From positions 37,024,304 through 37,088,303 of the forward strand of contig NC_092671.1 in assembly GCF_964355755.1 (NCBI RefSeq): a stretch of 64,000 bases of DNA, given 5' to 3'. Below the pieces are notes generated by a model. The model was not told the DNA's origin, did no database searches, and saw only the letters and a list, made by a program, of their open reading frames with translations. The DNA is from Antedon mediterranea (lineage: Eukaryota > Animalia > Echinodermata). Made by a program: the position numbers and the translations under genes. Position 1 is the stretch's first letter, and each line of letters begins with the position of its first letter. This document shows positions 23,510 to 35,159 of the stretch, in pieces.

Positions 23510-25690
23510 ATGGCCTCAAAATGGATAAGTTTTACAATCTACCTGATGGTATGTACGACTGTGATTGGAAATAGCGATGTAATGATGCCGATTATTCCTC
23601 AAAATCCTTACATTGAGGTACTGCATGAGACGTGTTCTTGGATAACAATCATGAGTAATACAACTGATGCTGATCTTACACCAATAATAGTCAATGACAC
23701 CGATCACAAAATTATTAGCAGTGAACATCTGGTTGGGCGTGCCAAAGCGGAGCATTCGATTTCTGTTGTGAAATTTAAATCCGACTTATTTCCACCATTT
23801 ACCTGGGTTAACGACAAAGTAGGAGCAACTATCATGTCATATCCCGTCAACTATGAAATACTGTCTTTGGGAACATTGAAATTTGAAGAGATCACAGTGC
23901 GTTTGGAATTTAACATTACAGACGAATACAGACGCATATTATCTCCTAATGACATAATGGCGGTAATGAGTAAGCACATAATTCAAAATTACACAACTGA
24001 AAAAGATCTTATTTGCTTTCGTTCTACTCCAAATAATTCCAGCGCCTCATTCGGTCATCTTGCGTACAACTATATTTACAGTGCAATGCAGGGAACTGCT
24101 CATCATTCGTGCTTCAAGATTGCAGAGAAACAAAGTTGCAAGGCAGGTTTGAATAACTTTGTCTGGAATGGACCTATTACTGTATTTGGCTTGCTGGTGA
24201 TGTTATTTAGTCCATTGGCGATTGGAGTGTTATTACAGAATCCCCATCAAAGACCTTCAGATGACATTACGTGTACAAGAACCACAAAAGGAGACGCTCT
24301 TTTGGAAACAGACAATACCGAACAACCGCCAAGATTGGCTTTGAATTCTCCGTTACCGCTAGGTGCAAGGTACGCCATATTTCATTGGGGTAACAAACAT
24401 GTATACCTACTAAGCCTCCGGGTTTTCTGCATTTGCATGGTAATAATTGTTTTGATTCCGATAGCGCAGCTAAAAGTACTTTTTGATGCCAACTATACGT
24501 ATTTGTATCTTTTATCCTCGTATTACTTTGTACATTTAGTTGTAACAGCATGTCAGTTGTTAGCACTTCTGATTATCACAATTCACCCGGCATCGCTTTC
24601 TTGTTTCGACAATGGATCAGAATGTGGACTTGACTTCGACAGCAACCGATACACATGTCTTTATCGTCAGATATTGAATCGATTTAAACTTGTGACCAAT
24701 CGTAAAGTTTGGCAAGATAGACCATTTGTTGGAATTACCTCTAACATGATAACTCGCAGAATGTTTCTGGTCGTAGATGTTTTCGTTGCGGTGTGTCGTA
24801 TAATAACGTGCCTATTTCCTGTTCTTTTCTTCATCTCAGCACCAATAATATCTATCTTCAAGTCTCTCTTTAAATTTGTCAATTCACAAGATCGGCCTTT
24901 CCGTATACAGTTTCTTCCATTTTATATGGTAGGGCTTGTCATACGGTCATCTTTGTTGACCATATTTGTTGCAGCTCTCTCACTACAAATGATGACCATT
25001 GCAATTTTCATTATGCAGATCATTGTTCTGACCACTATAGGTATCGTGACGGACTATGGCGAGAACGAGATCGTTGTAATACGAGTGATTACAATCCTCT
25101 CCTTTGGTTGGTACATTCTTAATGGCTTTAAAGAATACTACAACTGCTATGCTTCAGTTTGGCGTACCATAATTGATGCAGCAGAATCGTGGCAAGCCGG
25201 TGGTAACGCAGAAGCTTACAATGAGATTAGCAACGACCCGAATTATCAAAGAGAAAATGCTCTTAAAGTTCGAAAATCTCCTGAATTACCAAAACCGCTT
25301 GTTGTCTACACAGAATTGATTCCATCTTTACCAGAAGAGCTGTTGAATCACGTTATCAATAGATGCAAAAAGAAGAGTGTTCAGGTGGCAAAAATTGTTT
25401 TGTGGAATGCCATTGTTGCCCTATTTTTTATAATCGCCTATTCCACGATTGTTTCAACTCATGAATATAACGAGTTCACACAAGTTACTAAATCTACATT
25501 AACATTGGCTACGGCTGCCTTTCCAAAGTTAGTATCAATGGCTTTCACGACACAAGAATACGCTTCAAGAAAAGAAGCCAAACAACGTCGTATTTGGTTT
25601 GAGGTGTTCAATTACGCAGAGGAAAACGGATACAATAGAATTGGAGACGTTCAGAACAGTTTGGTCGTCGGGGATAACGGCGACGACTAG
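23510..25690 (+). CDS. Uncharacterised intronless multi-pass membrane glycoprotein, paralog 3 (726 aa)
   Basis: Intact ORF, signal peptide MASKWISF.., shared motifs WVxDKVGATIMSYPxNYEILSLGTL and GFKEYYNCYASVWRTIIDAAESWQAG. Confidence 0.9.
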   Translation: MASKWISFTIYLMVCTTVIGNSDVMMPIIPQNPYIEVLHETCSWITIMSNTTDADLTPIIVNDTDHKIISSEHLVGRAKAEHSISVVKFKSDLFPPFTWVNDKVGATIMSYPVNYEILSLGTLKFEEITVRLEFNITDEYRRILSPNDIMAVMSKHIIQNYTTEKDLICFRSTPNNSSASFGHLAYNYIYSAMQGTAHHSCFKIAEKQSCKAGLNNFVWNGPITVFGLLVMLFSPLAIGVLLQNPHQRPSDDITCTRTTKGDALLETDNTEQPPRLALNSPLPLGARYAIFHWGNKHVYLLSLRVFCICMVIIVLIPIAQLKVLFDANYTYLYLLSSYYFVHLVVTACQLLALLIITIHPASLSCFDNGSECGLDFDSNRYTCLYRQILNRFKLVTNRKVWQDRPFVGITSNMITRRMFLVVDVFVAVCRIITCLFPVLFFISAPIISIFKSLFKFVNSQDRPFRIQFLPFYMVGLVIRSSLLTIFVAALSLQMMTIAIFIMQIIVLTTIGIVTDYGENEIVVIRVITILSFGWYILNGFKEYYNCYASVWRTIIDAAESWQAGGNAEAYNEISNDPNYQRENALKVRKSPELPKPLVVYTELIPSLPEELLNHVINRCKKKSVQVAKIVLWNAIVALFFIIAYSTIVSTHEYNEFTQVTKSTLTLATAAFPKLVSMAFTTQEYASRKEAKQRRIWFEVFNYAEENGYNRIGDVQNSLVVGDNGDD

Positions 25691-25859
25691 AATGGCAGTA
25701 ACAAGCTAACTGGTGACAACGATGTAAAAAAAGATGAAGAAGAAAATGAACAAGAAGATGGCAGTGACAAAATATAAAAGGACGGTGATTGCAACGTTTC
25801 TAATAAATGTTGGAAAGAAAAATGTATAGAAAAAATGCATTTTTGTAAGAAAAGCTTGA

Positions 25860-26500
25860 ATTTGTAGTTTCTGTTAGTATCTGGTATAACGGCCTCACCA
25901 AAGAGAACAAATACAAACTTTATCGAGTTATAAGGAAAGCAGATAACATTATGGGTACCAAATCTGAGGACTTAAGCTTGGTTCCCACTAGAACGTAACG
26001 CAAGGACGTAAACGCAACGCAAGCGTTTTAACCAATGACAAGCGAAGTTATAGACACTAATTAGCAATCACAAGCGAATAAGCCATCGCTTGTGATTGGT
26101 CAATTCACTTGCGTTGCGTTACGTCCTTGCGTTGCGTCGCTAGTGGGAACCACGCTTTAGATAGCATATGTAACGAATTGTTGGCTAAAGCCAAAGTCAT
26201 AATGTCTGATTCTGTCCATCCCTTGCATAGTTCGTTTGCTATGTGCTGATCTAGTAGACTACGTCATCCTTTGACAAAAACAAATAGGTTTAACAATTCT
26301 TTTATTCCCTCCTCAATTCGTCTCTTTAACAAACAATTTGTAAGATAATTACTGTAATTACTTTTAATGAACTTTACATAGGCCTACAATGTATTTGACT
26401 TGACTAATTGTATCGATGTTTTTACATGGTGTTTTTATTACGAATGTAACGCGTAGCTGAGTCTCACATTTTATAATTATTATGTGACAATAAAGTATAT
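25860..26500 (+). mobile_element. LINE (Rex1/Babar-like) ORF2 C-terminal fragment interrupted by a MITE
   Basis: Translation ..VSWYNGLTKENKYKLYRVIRKA..SDSVHPLHSSF..TKTNRFNNSFIPSSIRLFN resembles RT-ORF ends (HPL..F..T.R..NSF.P.AIRL.N). Confidence 0.7.
25976..26156. mobile_element. PIF/Harbinger-type MITE (AGCTTGGTTCCCACTAG termini, TTA TSD); further copies clustered at about 46724-47112 and 48252-48790
   Basis: Terminal inverted repeats, 3-bp TTA duplication and near-identical internal sequence between copies. Confidence 0.85.
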
Positions 26501-27970
26501 CTATGTCTATTTTAACGAATACAATGTTACTATATGTGCTTAGATTAGATGGTAGGCAAATAACTTGTTAGCTAAGCCTGCTACTGTTATTAATAAACAT
26601 AATTATAACAAATATTATACCCTTTAATTAAGATTAACTATATTTTGAAGATTGGCTTTACGTGTAAATTTGAAAAAAAAAAAACATTAGAAAAATCGTT
26701 TAAAATGTTTAAGTGATCACCAAGTATTGGTTCATATTTTGCGTGCCAATAGTAAATGCTAATTTTAGGTATACGACAAGTCAACATAAGTTTCTCGCTA
26801 ATAATCTTCTTTGTAATTGTGTATTTAACTATTATTGTTTGTGATGATAGCAGCATTGTGATTAAAAATAACTTGGTAGTACAGTATTTGAATAGTATGA
26901 TGTGTTTTTTGTGTAATGACAGATTACTGCCATCATAGTTGAATTGATTCGCGCATGCCTCTGGTTTAATTTGATCAGCATTCGTTTTTCCTAATCTATG
27001 GTAAAATTAAAGAAGGATCTAGGCGCTCGCCTGGTCTGAAATTTTCACCACCCATTCCAATTCTCCAGCACAGCTCGTCATATTTTATTTTAATAATTAT
27101 ATTTAAAGCATATTTGCCGCGTCTGTTTTTAACCTCTAGTGGCTACGGCCGTGCCGCCCATGACAAATAACCGAATTGGCTGGTTCACACGTCATTGTGA
27201 CATAGTAGGTGTAAACGCTTTCCATTAGCGAATATATTCGCGCGTGAAACAAACATTCATGAGTTCTGATTGGTTGCGCATTTTTCCACGTCACAAAATA
27301 AAATTATCTTATAAAATAAATGAGAATATTAATACGCATGCGTATTAGTCAGCGATTTGTATTCGCGCGAATAAATTCGCCTCTAGTCTAAAGGGCCTTT
27401 CACACCTGTTCCGGCGAACCAAACGCCAACGTTTCGTTTTCACGACGCTCCACGTGGATATGCGCCAATCGATATTGACGTTCGATTGGACGATTGCATT
27501 TGCCGGCGCCGGTCCGGCGCCGGTCCGGAACCGGTGTGAAAGATCAAGACCCTTTAAGCAGACTTTAAATAGCTTATAGCCTGTTTCGGTTTTATTGTCC
27601 AAGAAGTGAAGTGCCCTTTAGAAATTTAGTTTCATTTTATTTATAATCATATATTTCACGATGTTATATTATATTCTAAAAATTAAAACCCTCCCGATTA
27701 ATACGGTACCGTATAACCTATAACCTATTTAATTAATTAAAATTTAAATACATAATTTGCACTGGAATATCAAGGAATATTTTAAAAAGTCCTGGCTAAT
27801 TAATACTGAACCACAATGTATTATTATATTATAATTACAAAGTATTTCATTAAAATACTGGAATCTATAAAGGTATCAAATAAACCAACCATTAAACATT
27901 AATTAAATAATATTATTATTTTACAAAATGCCAGCCAAAACAAACAACATAGTTAATATATTGGAAGTTT

Positions 27971-29874
27971 TTACCAAGTTAATACTACAGATTTGTCAGA
28001 AAGGTGTTTCCCATTTGGTGTTCCTGAATTCTCAGGCAACAATGCACAATATACTGGTGTTATGGCGCCCTCATCTGGGGTTTTAGTTCCTTTGTGACTT
28101 GACATGTCAGTATCAACATAACCTGGGCAACACTGCAAAATGAAATCAAAGAAATCATCAATTACAGTATTTTAATTATCCATCTTAAATTAATAAAATA
28201 TATGAATTTGTGAAATAGTTTTGATAAAATTTAATAACAGTTACCACTGTATGTACATTCAGGCCAGGCAAAGATTTTAAGCTCTGTCTACACTATCAAA
28301 CTTTAAGTGACAAAAAAAATGTGATGTTCCCATATATGGACATGATGATGTCATATCACTACCATATTTGGGCACACCACACTTATTTTTTATAGTGTAG
28401 ACAGAGCTTTACTTACACAGTTGATAAGAATATCCTGTTTTGAGGTGTCTGCACTCATGGCTGCAGCCTGGATCCTTGTTATGGTGATAACTGCTGCCTT
28501 TGAGGTACCATAGGCACTTTCTACCCATCCATCTTCTTTTATTGTCCCCTTTTCTGCACTCCTGTCATATAAATCATGTTTAATGTAAATACCAGTAATC
28601 CAACAGAAACATGCTTAAACTTGCGATTTTGAATCTATGCAATTACAAGTATTTATACTAACGCAACAAAGTCAGCCATCAGCTTATTGACATCTTCTTC
28701 TGTTTTTGCCTGTTTGAAGGCTTGCTGAAGTTTGGGACTCAACTTCTTGTACACCATTGGTCCGACTAAACTTGCCAAATGGCAAACCCTAAAATGAAAA
28801 CAAAAGTTAAGTACATTGCAGACAAGAAAGAAAAAACCTATGCGAAAGAAAACATAATGAAAGCCTTCAGTACCTTCCATGCGAACGTATCAATGGGAAC
28901 AGAGCGTGACAAACATTTAATGTTGCAGTGTAGTTGGTTGCTATGGATACCTTGGCTTGTACACTAAATGGAGCTGTGTCTGTTTGCTGAAATATAAGTA
29001 AAAATACATTTTTTTTTAAATTGCAAATACGTATCATGTAAAGTTTGGTTCTCGGAATGAAATGGGAGATGGTTGTATCCCGAGATAAAAATATTGTACC
29101 TTATACGCAATTGCAGCATTATTAACAAGTATATCTAGGCCCCCATGAGTGGATTTAAGAAAATCTCTCAAACGGTCAATGCTCTCTGATGAATCAATGT
29201 CCAGCTGATGAAAGTGAGGGTTCAGTCCTTCCTTCTTAAGTTCTTCTACAGCAGCTTTCCCTCGTTCTTCATTCCGTGATGTCAAATAAACGATACCATT
29301 CTGAAGTTCTTTGCAAAGAGCCCTCACAATGGCAAAACCAATACCTTTATTTCCCCCAGTCACCTAATAAAAGAAACCAATATTTTAGTGGATTTTGATG
29401 GATGATTTTAACCGGCATTTTCATATACCTGTACTGCAGTAGTATCGTATGTTTTGCAAGATTTATAATCAATATTTGTCAATAGTCTATAGATACTGTA
29501 GTACAAATAATAATTAATAGATATTTCCTACATCGACGTATGAAAACCTGCGGTTTTATATTCATATACGTGCATTAATTAACTTTTGTGAGATCCGGAC
29601 CTTTCAATAAATACAAAACAGGCGGCCTCTGGAATATCTGATCTGATTATACAATATAATATTAATAACCTGTTGGCCCTGGCCTGCTGCCCCTCCCTCC
29701 CGCCGGCCCTGTCTAGGCTAGCCTACTAAGTACTAGGTAGGGCCTAGGCCTAGCTAGGCCTACTAGTACTAGGCTAGGCACCTTTAATTTATCTAGGTAG
29801 GCCTAGGCCTAGGCTAGAATAGAAGCAAATTCACTATTGATTATGATACTCACCACTGCAATTTTTTGTGACAT
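27971..29874 (-). CDS. CBR1: Carbonyl reductase [NADPH] 1-like SDR, copy A (6 exons)
   Basis: Exons 29874-29854, 29363-29100, 28986-28874, 28788-28663, 28561-28417 and 28132-27971, all GT-AG and in frame. Motifs VTGGNKGIG, LDILVNNAA, catalytic YGTSK, CCPGYVDTDM, KTPDEGAITPVY. Confidence 0.92.
28280..28408. mobile_element. PIF/Harbinger (Tourist-like) MITE family AGCTCTGTCTACACTATCAAAC; about 13 copies in the window
   Basis: TIR plus TTA TSD. Other copies near 869-1010, 32328-32455, 35468-35640, 36150-36270, 45050-45180, 45290-45420, 49823-49960, 50179-50300, 58925-59067, 61854-62062, 62817-62975 and 63296-63435. Confidence 0.9.
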
Positions 29875-30492
29875 GATTTGTTATAATTAATGGTTCGGTT
29901 CTAGGCCTATTCGTTGTCTACGACGAGTACAGCAAGGAAGTGAGTACTCTTTATATCAATTTCACGGGTTCATGATCTTGTTTGTTTACGACCGAGATGA
30001 CTTTGCAATTTTTTTACGCACGTACGTCCACGTGTCCATAATTTTCTGTTTGCTATCAACACGGCGACCGTGACTTTGCTTAATTTAATCAATCTATCAA
30101 TAAGTCCGACCCGATAAGCCTTTTTTTTTTTCAATTTGTATCTATTTATGACATTGTGTCTTATATGTTGTATGCTCAATTGACACAGTAAGTTTAACTT
30201 TTGCACAGAAGAAATGTTTGCAATAAACACTAGCCTACTACTTAGGCCTGGGCCTACAGCTAGTTCACTTCAAATCAGGACCCCCCCCCCCCCACCCCCT
30301 GCTTTGGTTAAGCCGATTTTCTTTTTCAGGGAGTAGGCCTAATCAACATACACGAACAATTATCAATCATCTACACAATAATTACAGATATGCCTTTTAT
30401 ATTCTTAGTGAATTTAGTTTTAATTTATAATAGTTTTAATTGTTAATTAATTAATCATAGTACGTCATTACATTATTTCTAATAAACATATA

Positions 30493-31376
30493 CCGTAAAA
30501 CCTCGAAAAGAAGCCCATGGGCTTCTTCATTTTTTTAGTGCTCTTGGGTGGGCTTCTTTTCGAGATGGGCTTCTTTTCGAGATGGGCTTCTTTTCGAGAG
30601 TACGTTTGCAAGCTGTAGAGGGGGGCTTCTTTTCGAAATGAATGCTGTAAATTTTGTGAATTTCTACTACAATAATATGACTTTTTATCTAGAATTAAAG
30701 GACACCATGTTTTTCAGTACAATTACGAAATAAACGAAGAAATGATATGTAAATTGGAACCTGAAAACATGAAAAGTCTAGCCAGAAATGCAATCAAGGT
30801 ATGTTCGTTGAATGGTATAGATGTTGGACATGTTCCTGAATGTTTGGCTCAGAAAATAGCTCCGTTGATGAAAGATAGGACACTAGTGCAGCTTAAAGCC
30901 AAGATAACTGGAATGGAACAAACGGCCCCAGAAGGAAAATGGGTACTTGGTGGAGGTGTGGAAATTCCCTGCCGATTTTACATATAATTGCCAACGAAGA
31001 AGACAAGAAAAAGATATATGCGATCAAAGCACCATTTGAACGACAATAATAAACACGATCATACATATTCTTTATTATCATCAGTCTGCATCACAAGTAT
31101 CTGGCATTAAATTATCCTACTACAGTAACTCTTAATCACGTGTTTGTAATGTTTATTTCTGTTCCTTTGACGTTCAGTTAATAAAGCTACATTCTTAATA
31201 CAGTATAGTAGTCTATCTCGAAAAGAATTAAGTCCATACTATCTTGAAAAGAAGCCCAGGAGGCTTCATTTCGAGATTCTTTTCGAGAGTACTTTTGCAA
31301 ACTGTAGAGGGGGGCTTCTTTTCGAGATGGGCTTCTTTTCGAGGTTTAAGCCCATGGGCTTCTTTTCGAGGTTTTT
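30493..31376 (+). mobile_element. pogo/Tc-mariner-like non-autonomous element (TA|CCGTAAAACCTCGAAAAGAAGCCC) carrying a decayed HIRAN-like ORF
   Basis: gggcttcttttcgag subterminal repeats at both ends. Internal frame 30676-30987 reads IKGHHVF..CKLEPEN..NAIKV..VGHVP..LKAKITG..GGGVEIPC. Confidence 0.7.
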
Positions 31377-31556
31377 AGCTATTATAAATGAATAACCCAG
31401 TAATAATAAGCCCTATACGTTGTTGTTACAAATCAATATTAACTGTAAAAAAAACATTATTTTACTCTTAGACAATTGATATTAATGAAGCATTAAAACT
31501 GCCATTTATTCTGACAAAAGCCAGCCAAACCAATATATAAAGTCTTGGTAGACTAA

Positions 31557-34360
31557 TTACCAAGTTTCAACTACAGATTTGTTAGAAAGGTGTTTTCCAT
31601 TTGGTCCTGCTGAAGGTAACAATGAACAATACACTGGTGTTATGGCGCCCTCATCTGGGGTTTTAGTTCCTTTGTGACTTGTCATGTCAGTATCAACATA
31701 ACCTGGGCAACACTGCAAAATGAAATCAAAGAAATAATCAATTACATGATTTTAATTATCTTAAATTAATATGAATTTGTGAAATAGTTTTGATAAAATT
31801 TAATAACAGTTACTAATGTAAAAAAATATGCATCCTATGATCAAGCAATTAAACTACTTAATCTTAAATTTTTAGATCAAAGAAGAGAAGATATTCTTCT
31901 TGATTTTGCTAAAAATCTTAACAAAATCGTTCCTAACGCACTTCCTAAATTGAGAGGCGAAACGTGAGGCAGGATACTTAGGAATGCTAAGAAGCAAAGT
32001 GAAATATATGGCAATACTAAAAGATTCAACAACTCATGTTTCCCAGCACTGTGTAGACTAATTAATAAACCAAAATAAACACAACAATAATAATAATAAT
32101 AAGTAATAAGTACTTTCATCAGTTTCTTCCATGTGTAATATCTCCTTTTTTAAAATATTTTTTTAACTTTTTAACTTTTGTTGTAAATTTTGATGTTTGA
32201 AAGCTTGTACCAATTTTATATGTAAATCTCTCGCAATTCAGTTTTATTTTATATATACTGCAAAGAGAAATATTGAATAAAAGCAGAATGAATGAATGTA
32301 TGTACATTCAGGCAGACAAAAATGTTAAGCTCTGACTACAGTATCAAACTTTATGTGGCAAACCAATGTCATGTGCCCATATATGGACATGATGATGTCA
32401 TATCACTACCATATTTGGGCACATCACACTTTTTTTTGATAGTGTAGATAGAGCTTTACTTACACAGTTGATAAGAATATCCTGTCTTGAGGTGTCTGCA
32501 CTTATGGCTGTAGCCTGGATCCTTGTTACGGTGATAATTCCAGCCTTTGAGGTACAATAAGCAGCTCCTGCATATCCTTCTTCCAATGTCCCCTTTTCTG
32601 AACTCCTGCCAAATAAATCAAGACATTTAAAAACACTTCAGACTGGCATTCTTAATCATTTACATAGAATGCATATTAACCAATGCTAATCACTATTATA
32701 AGAGTTACTAACAAAATAAATTCTCCATTAGGTGTACAATATCCAGCTACCCATCCATCTTCTTTTATTGTCCCCCTTTCTGCACTCCTGCCAAATAAAT
32801 CACGTTTACAAGAAAATTAATAACATCTATAGACTGTCGGTATTCGTTTTCTCATGGTTTTTAATAATTTATTATTTTAGTATGATTATACTATAAACCT
32901 TTGGATATTCCATTCTAAACGCACGACCAATCGCGTGACGACACGATGGATGATCTTCGCGTCCTGATTGGTCAAATTGCTTGCATTGCGCTTTCGTCAA
33001 AAAATATAAAGTAACTAACGTAACGAAGTCAGCCATCAGCTTATTAACATCTTCTTCTGTGTTTGCCTCTTTGAAGGCTTGCTGAAGTTTGGGACTCAAC
33101 TTCTTGTACATCAATGCTCCCAACATACTTGTTAAATGACAAACTCTTATATGAGAAAAAAACATTGCTATAGTGAAAACAAAAATACACGCTTCTTTCT
33201 GAAGGAAAATAGTTTTTAAAAATAACTTTTTTTCATCCCCAATTCTTTTTCAAAACAAATTTAAATTGCTCATTGATTTTTTCCAAATGTCCGTTTTCAT
33301 TTTGGGATTTTTGACCTTTGTTATATTTTTATATCGTTGTATCTTCTTGTGTTTATGTGAGGCACCTTGTAAGAATTCTGTTTTAGGTCACTCTCTATAA
33401 ACAAGGTTAAATACAATTACTTATCAAATTTCTATGAAATACTGTATAAGCTGAAGCAATGTCATGGGGTGTCAGGCCTTACTTACCTTCCATGCGAACG
33501 TATCAATGGGAACAGGGCATGGCAGACATTTAATGTTCCAGTGTAGTTGGTTGCTATGGATATTTTAGCTTGTACACTAAATGGAGTAGTATCATTTTTC
33601 TAGAAGAAAAAATTAAAATGAAATCTACATATATCTACATATATTTAAATTAGCATCATGATGAGATGATGATGTTCCATGAATACCTTAAAATTATACG
33701 AAATTGCAGCATTGTTAACAAGTATGTCTAGCTAGGCCCCCGTGAGTAGTTTTAAGAAAATGTCTGAAACGGTCAATGCTCTCTGATGAATCAATGTCCA
33801 GCTGATGAAAGTGAGTGTTCAATCCTTCCTTCTTAAGTTCTTCTACAGCAGCTTTTCCTCGTTCTTCATTCCGTGATGTCAAATAAACGATACCATTCTG
33901 AAGTTCTTTGCAAAGAGCCCTCACAATGGCAAAACCAATTCCTTTATTACCCCCAGTCACCTAAAAGAAAATAGTTGATTTTTAAGAATTACTTAAAAAG
34001 CAACTATTTTAAGCAACACATGATCTATAGTATAGTAGTAGTAGTAAATAGTATTTTTATCAAAGACAGCATAAATGGTTATCCTATTAGTATTATTTCT
34101 AGAATAAAACTTTTCTAATTTCTTTTGTTGTATGTAATGTAAGACAAATGTATGTTTATCTTGCTTTCGTCGATCGTTATCGTCCTAGTAGACTTCAAGG
34201 TACTAAAAGCAAGTGAGCCTGAGATCTACCCTCTCTCTTCCCAGGGAGTTGTTAATAACAACTCCCTGCTCTTCCTAAGTAAGCGGCATGACGCGGGTAA
34301 ATAGTTCAATATTCACTAGTATATGTAAACGGTACTCACCACGGCAATTTTTTGTGACAT
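31557..34360 (-). pseudogene. CBR1: Carbonyl reductase 1-like copy B, frameshifted
   Basis: Exons 34360-34340, 33960-33687, 33599-33487, 33145-33020, 32605-32464 and 31712-31557. A 4-bp CTAG duplication near 33728-33735 gives a premature TAA at 33715-33717. Confidence 0.75.
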
Positions 34361-35159
34361 GACACGTGTCTTGATCTGTACTGATATTGATATGACTTCG
34401 TGAAATCTCTTACAAAATTGTTTATTCCGAAAAGGCTTATAATGATTTCTTACTTCAATCTTAGTTTTATATAGCCGATATTTCTTTTTGTATAGAGACA
34501 AAAGTATGGCGTCTGGTCGGGTTCAGAAGGCTACAGTATATTGTGAACGTGAAACAATTTGCCATTTAAATGGAAGATTGATGAGTCCCATTAGGGACAC
34601 CACAATGTCGAATTTTCTTTTATGTGTATGATGCATGCTATTGTTATTTAAAACTGAATATAGCCAATACAATTGTTACAGAACTTAAAAGAAGAGCCCA
34701 TAAAAACGTCTACCCATGGATGAATATTACTCCATGGTCTACTATAGTTCATAAATTTTAAGGCAAAGGTATGGAGGGCCGTGCCTACCTTAACTTCAAG
34801 TTGATTAATAGGGTTTAAAAGCATACACAGTAGAAACAAAGAAAATGGGAGACAAAGAAAATATTTCAGATCCCAACACTTATTAATCCATCATGGCGCT
34901 AGACTACTTCTAGCCTCTAAAATCTCTTCTACTCCGTTATTACAGAAATAAATGCCCATTAACAAACATAACTTCTCAATTTGAAGCTTTGTTTTATTCA
35001 TCATTTATAATTATTGATCATTTCTTTCATATTAGATTACATTATTTTTAATAAAATATAATACTAGTAATTGAAATTATTATAATTATTTAGCTACTAT
35101 GATAAATAATTGTCATTAGGTCAGCCAAACAACAATCATATAAAGTCTTGGTAGACTAA

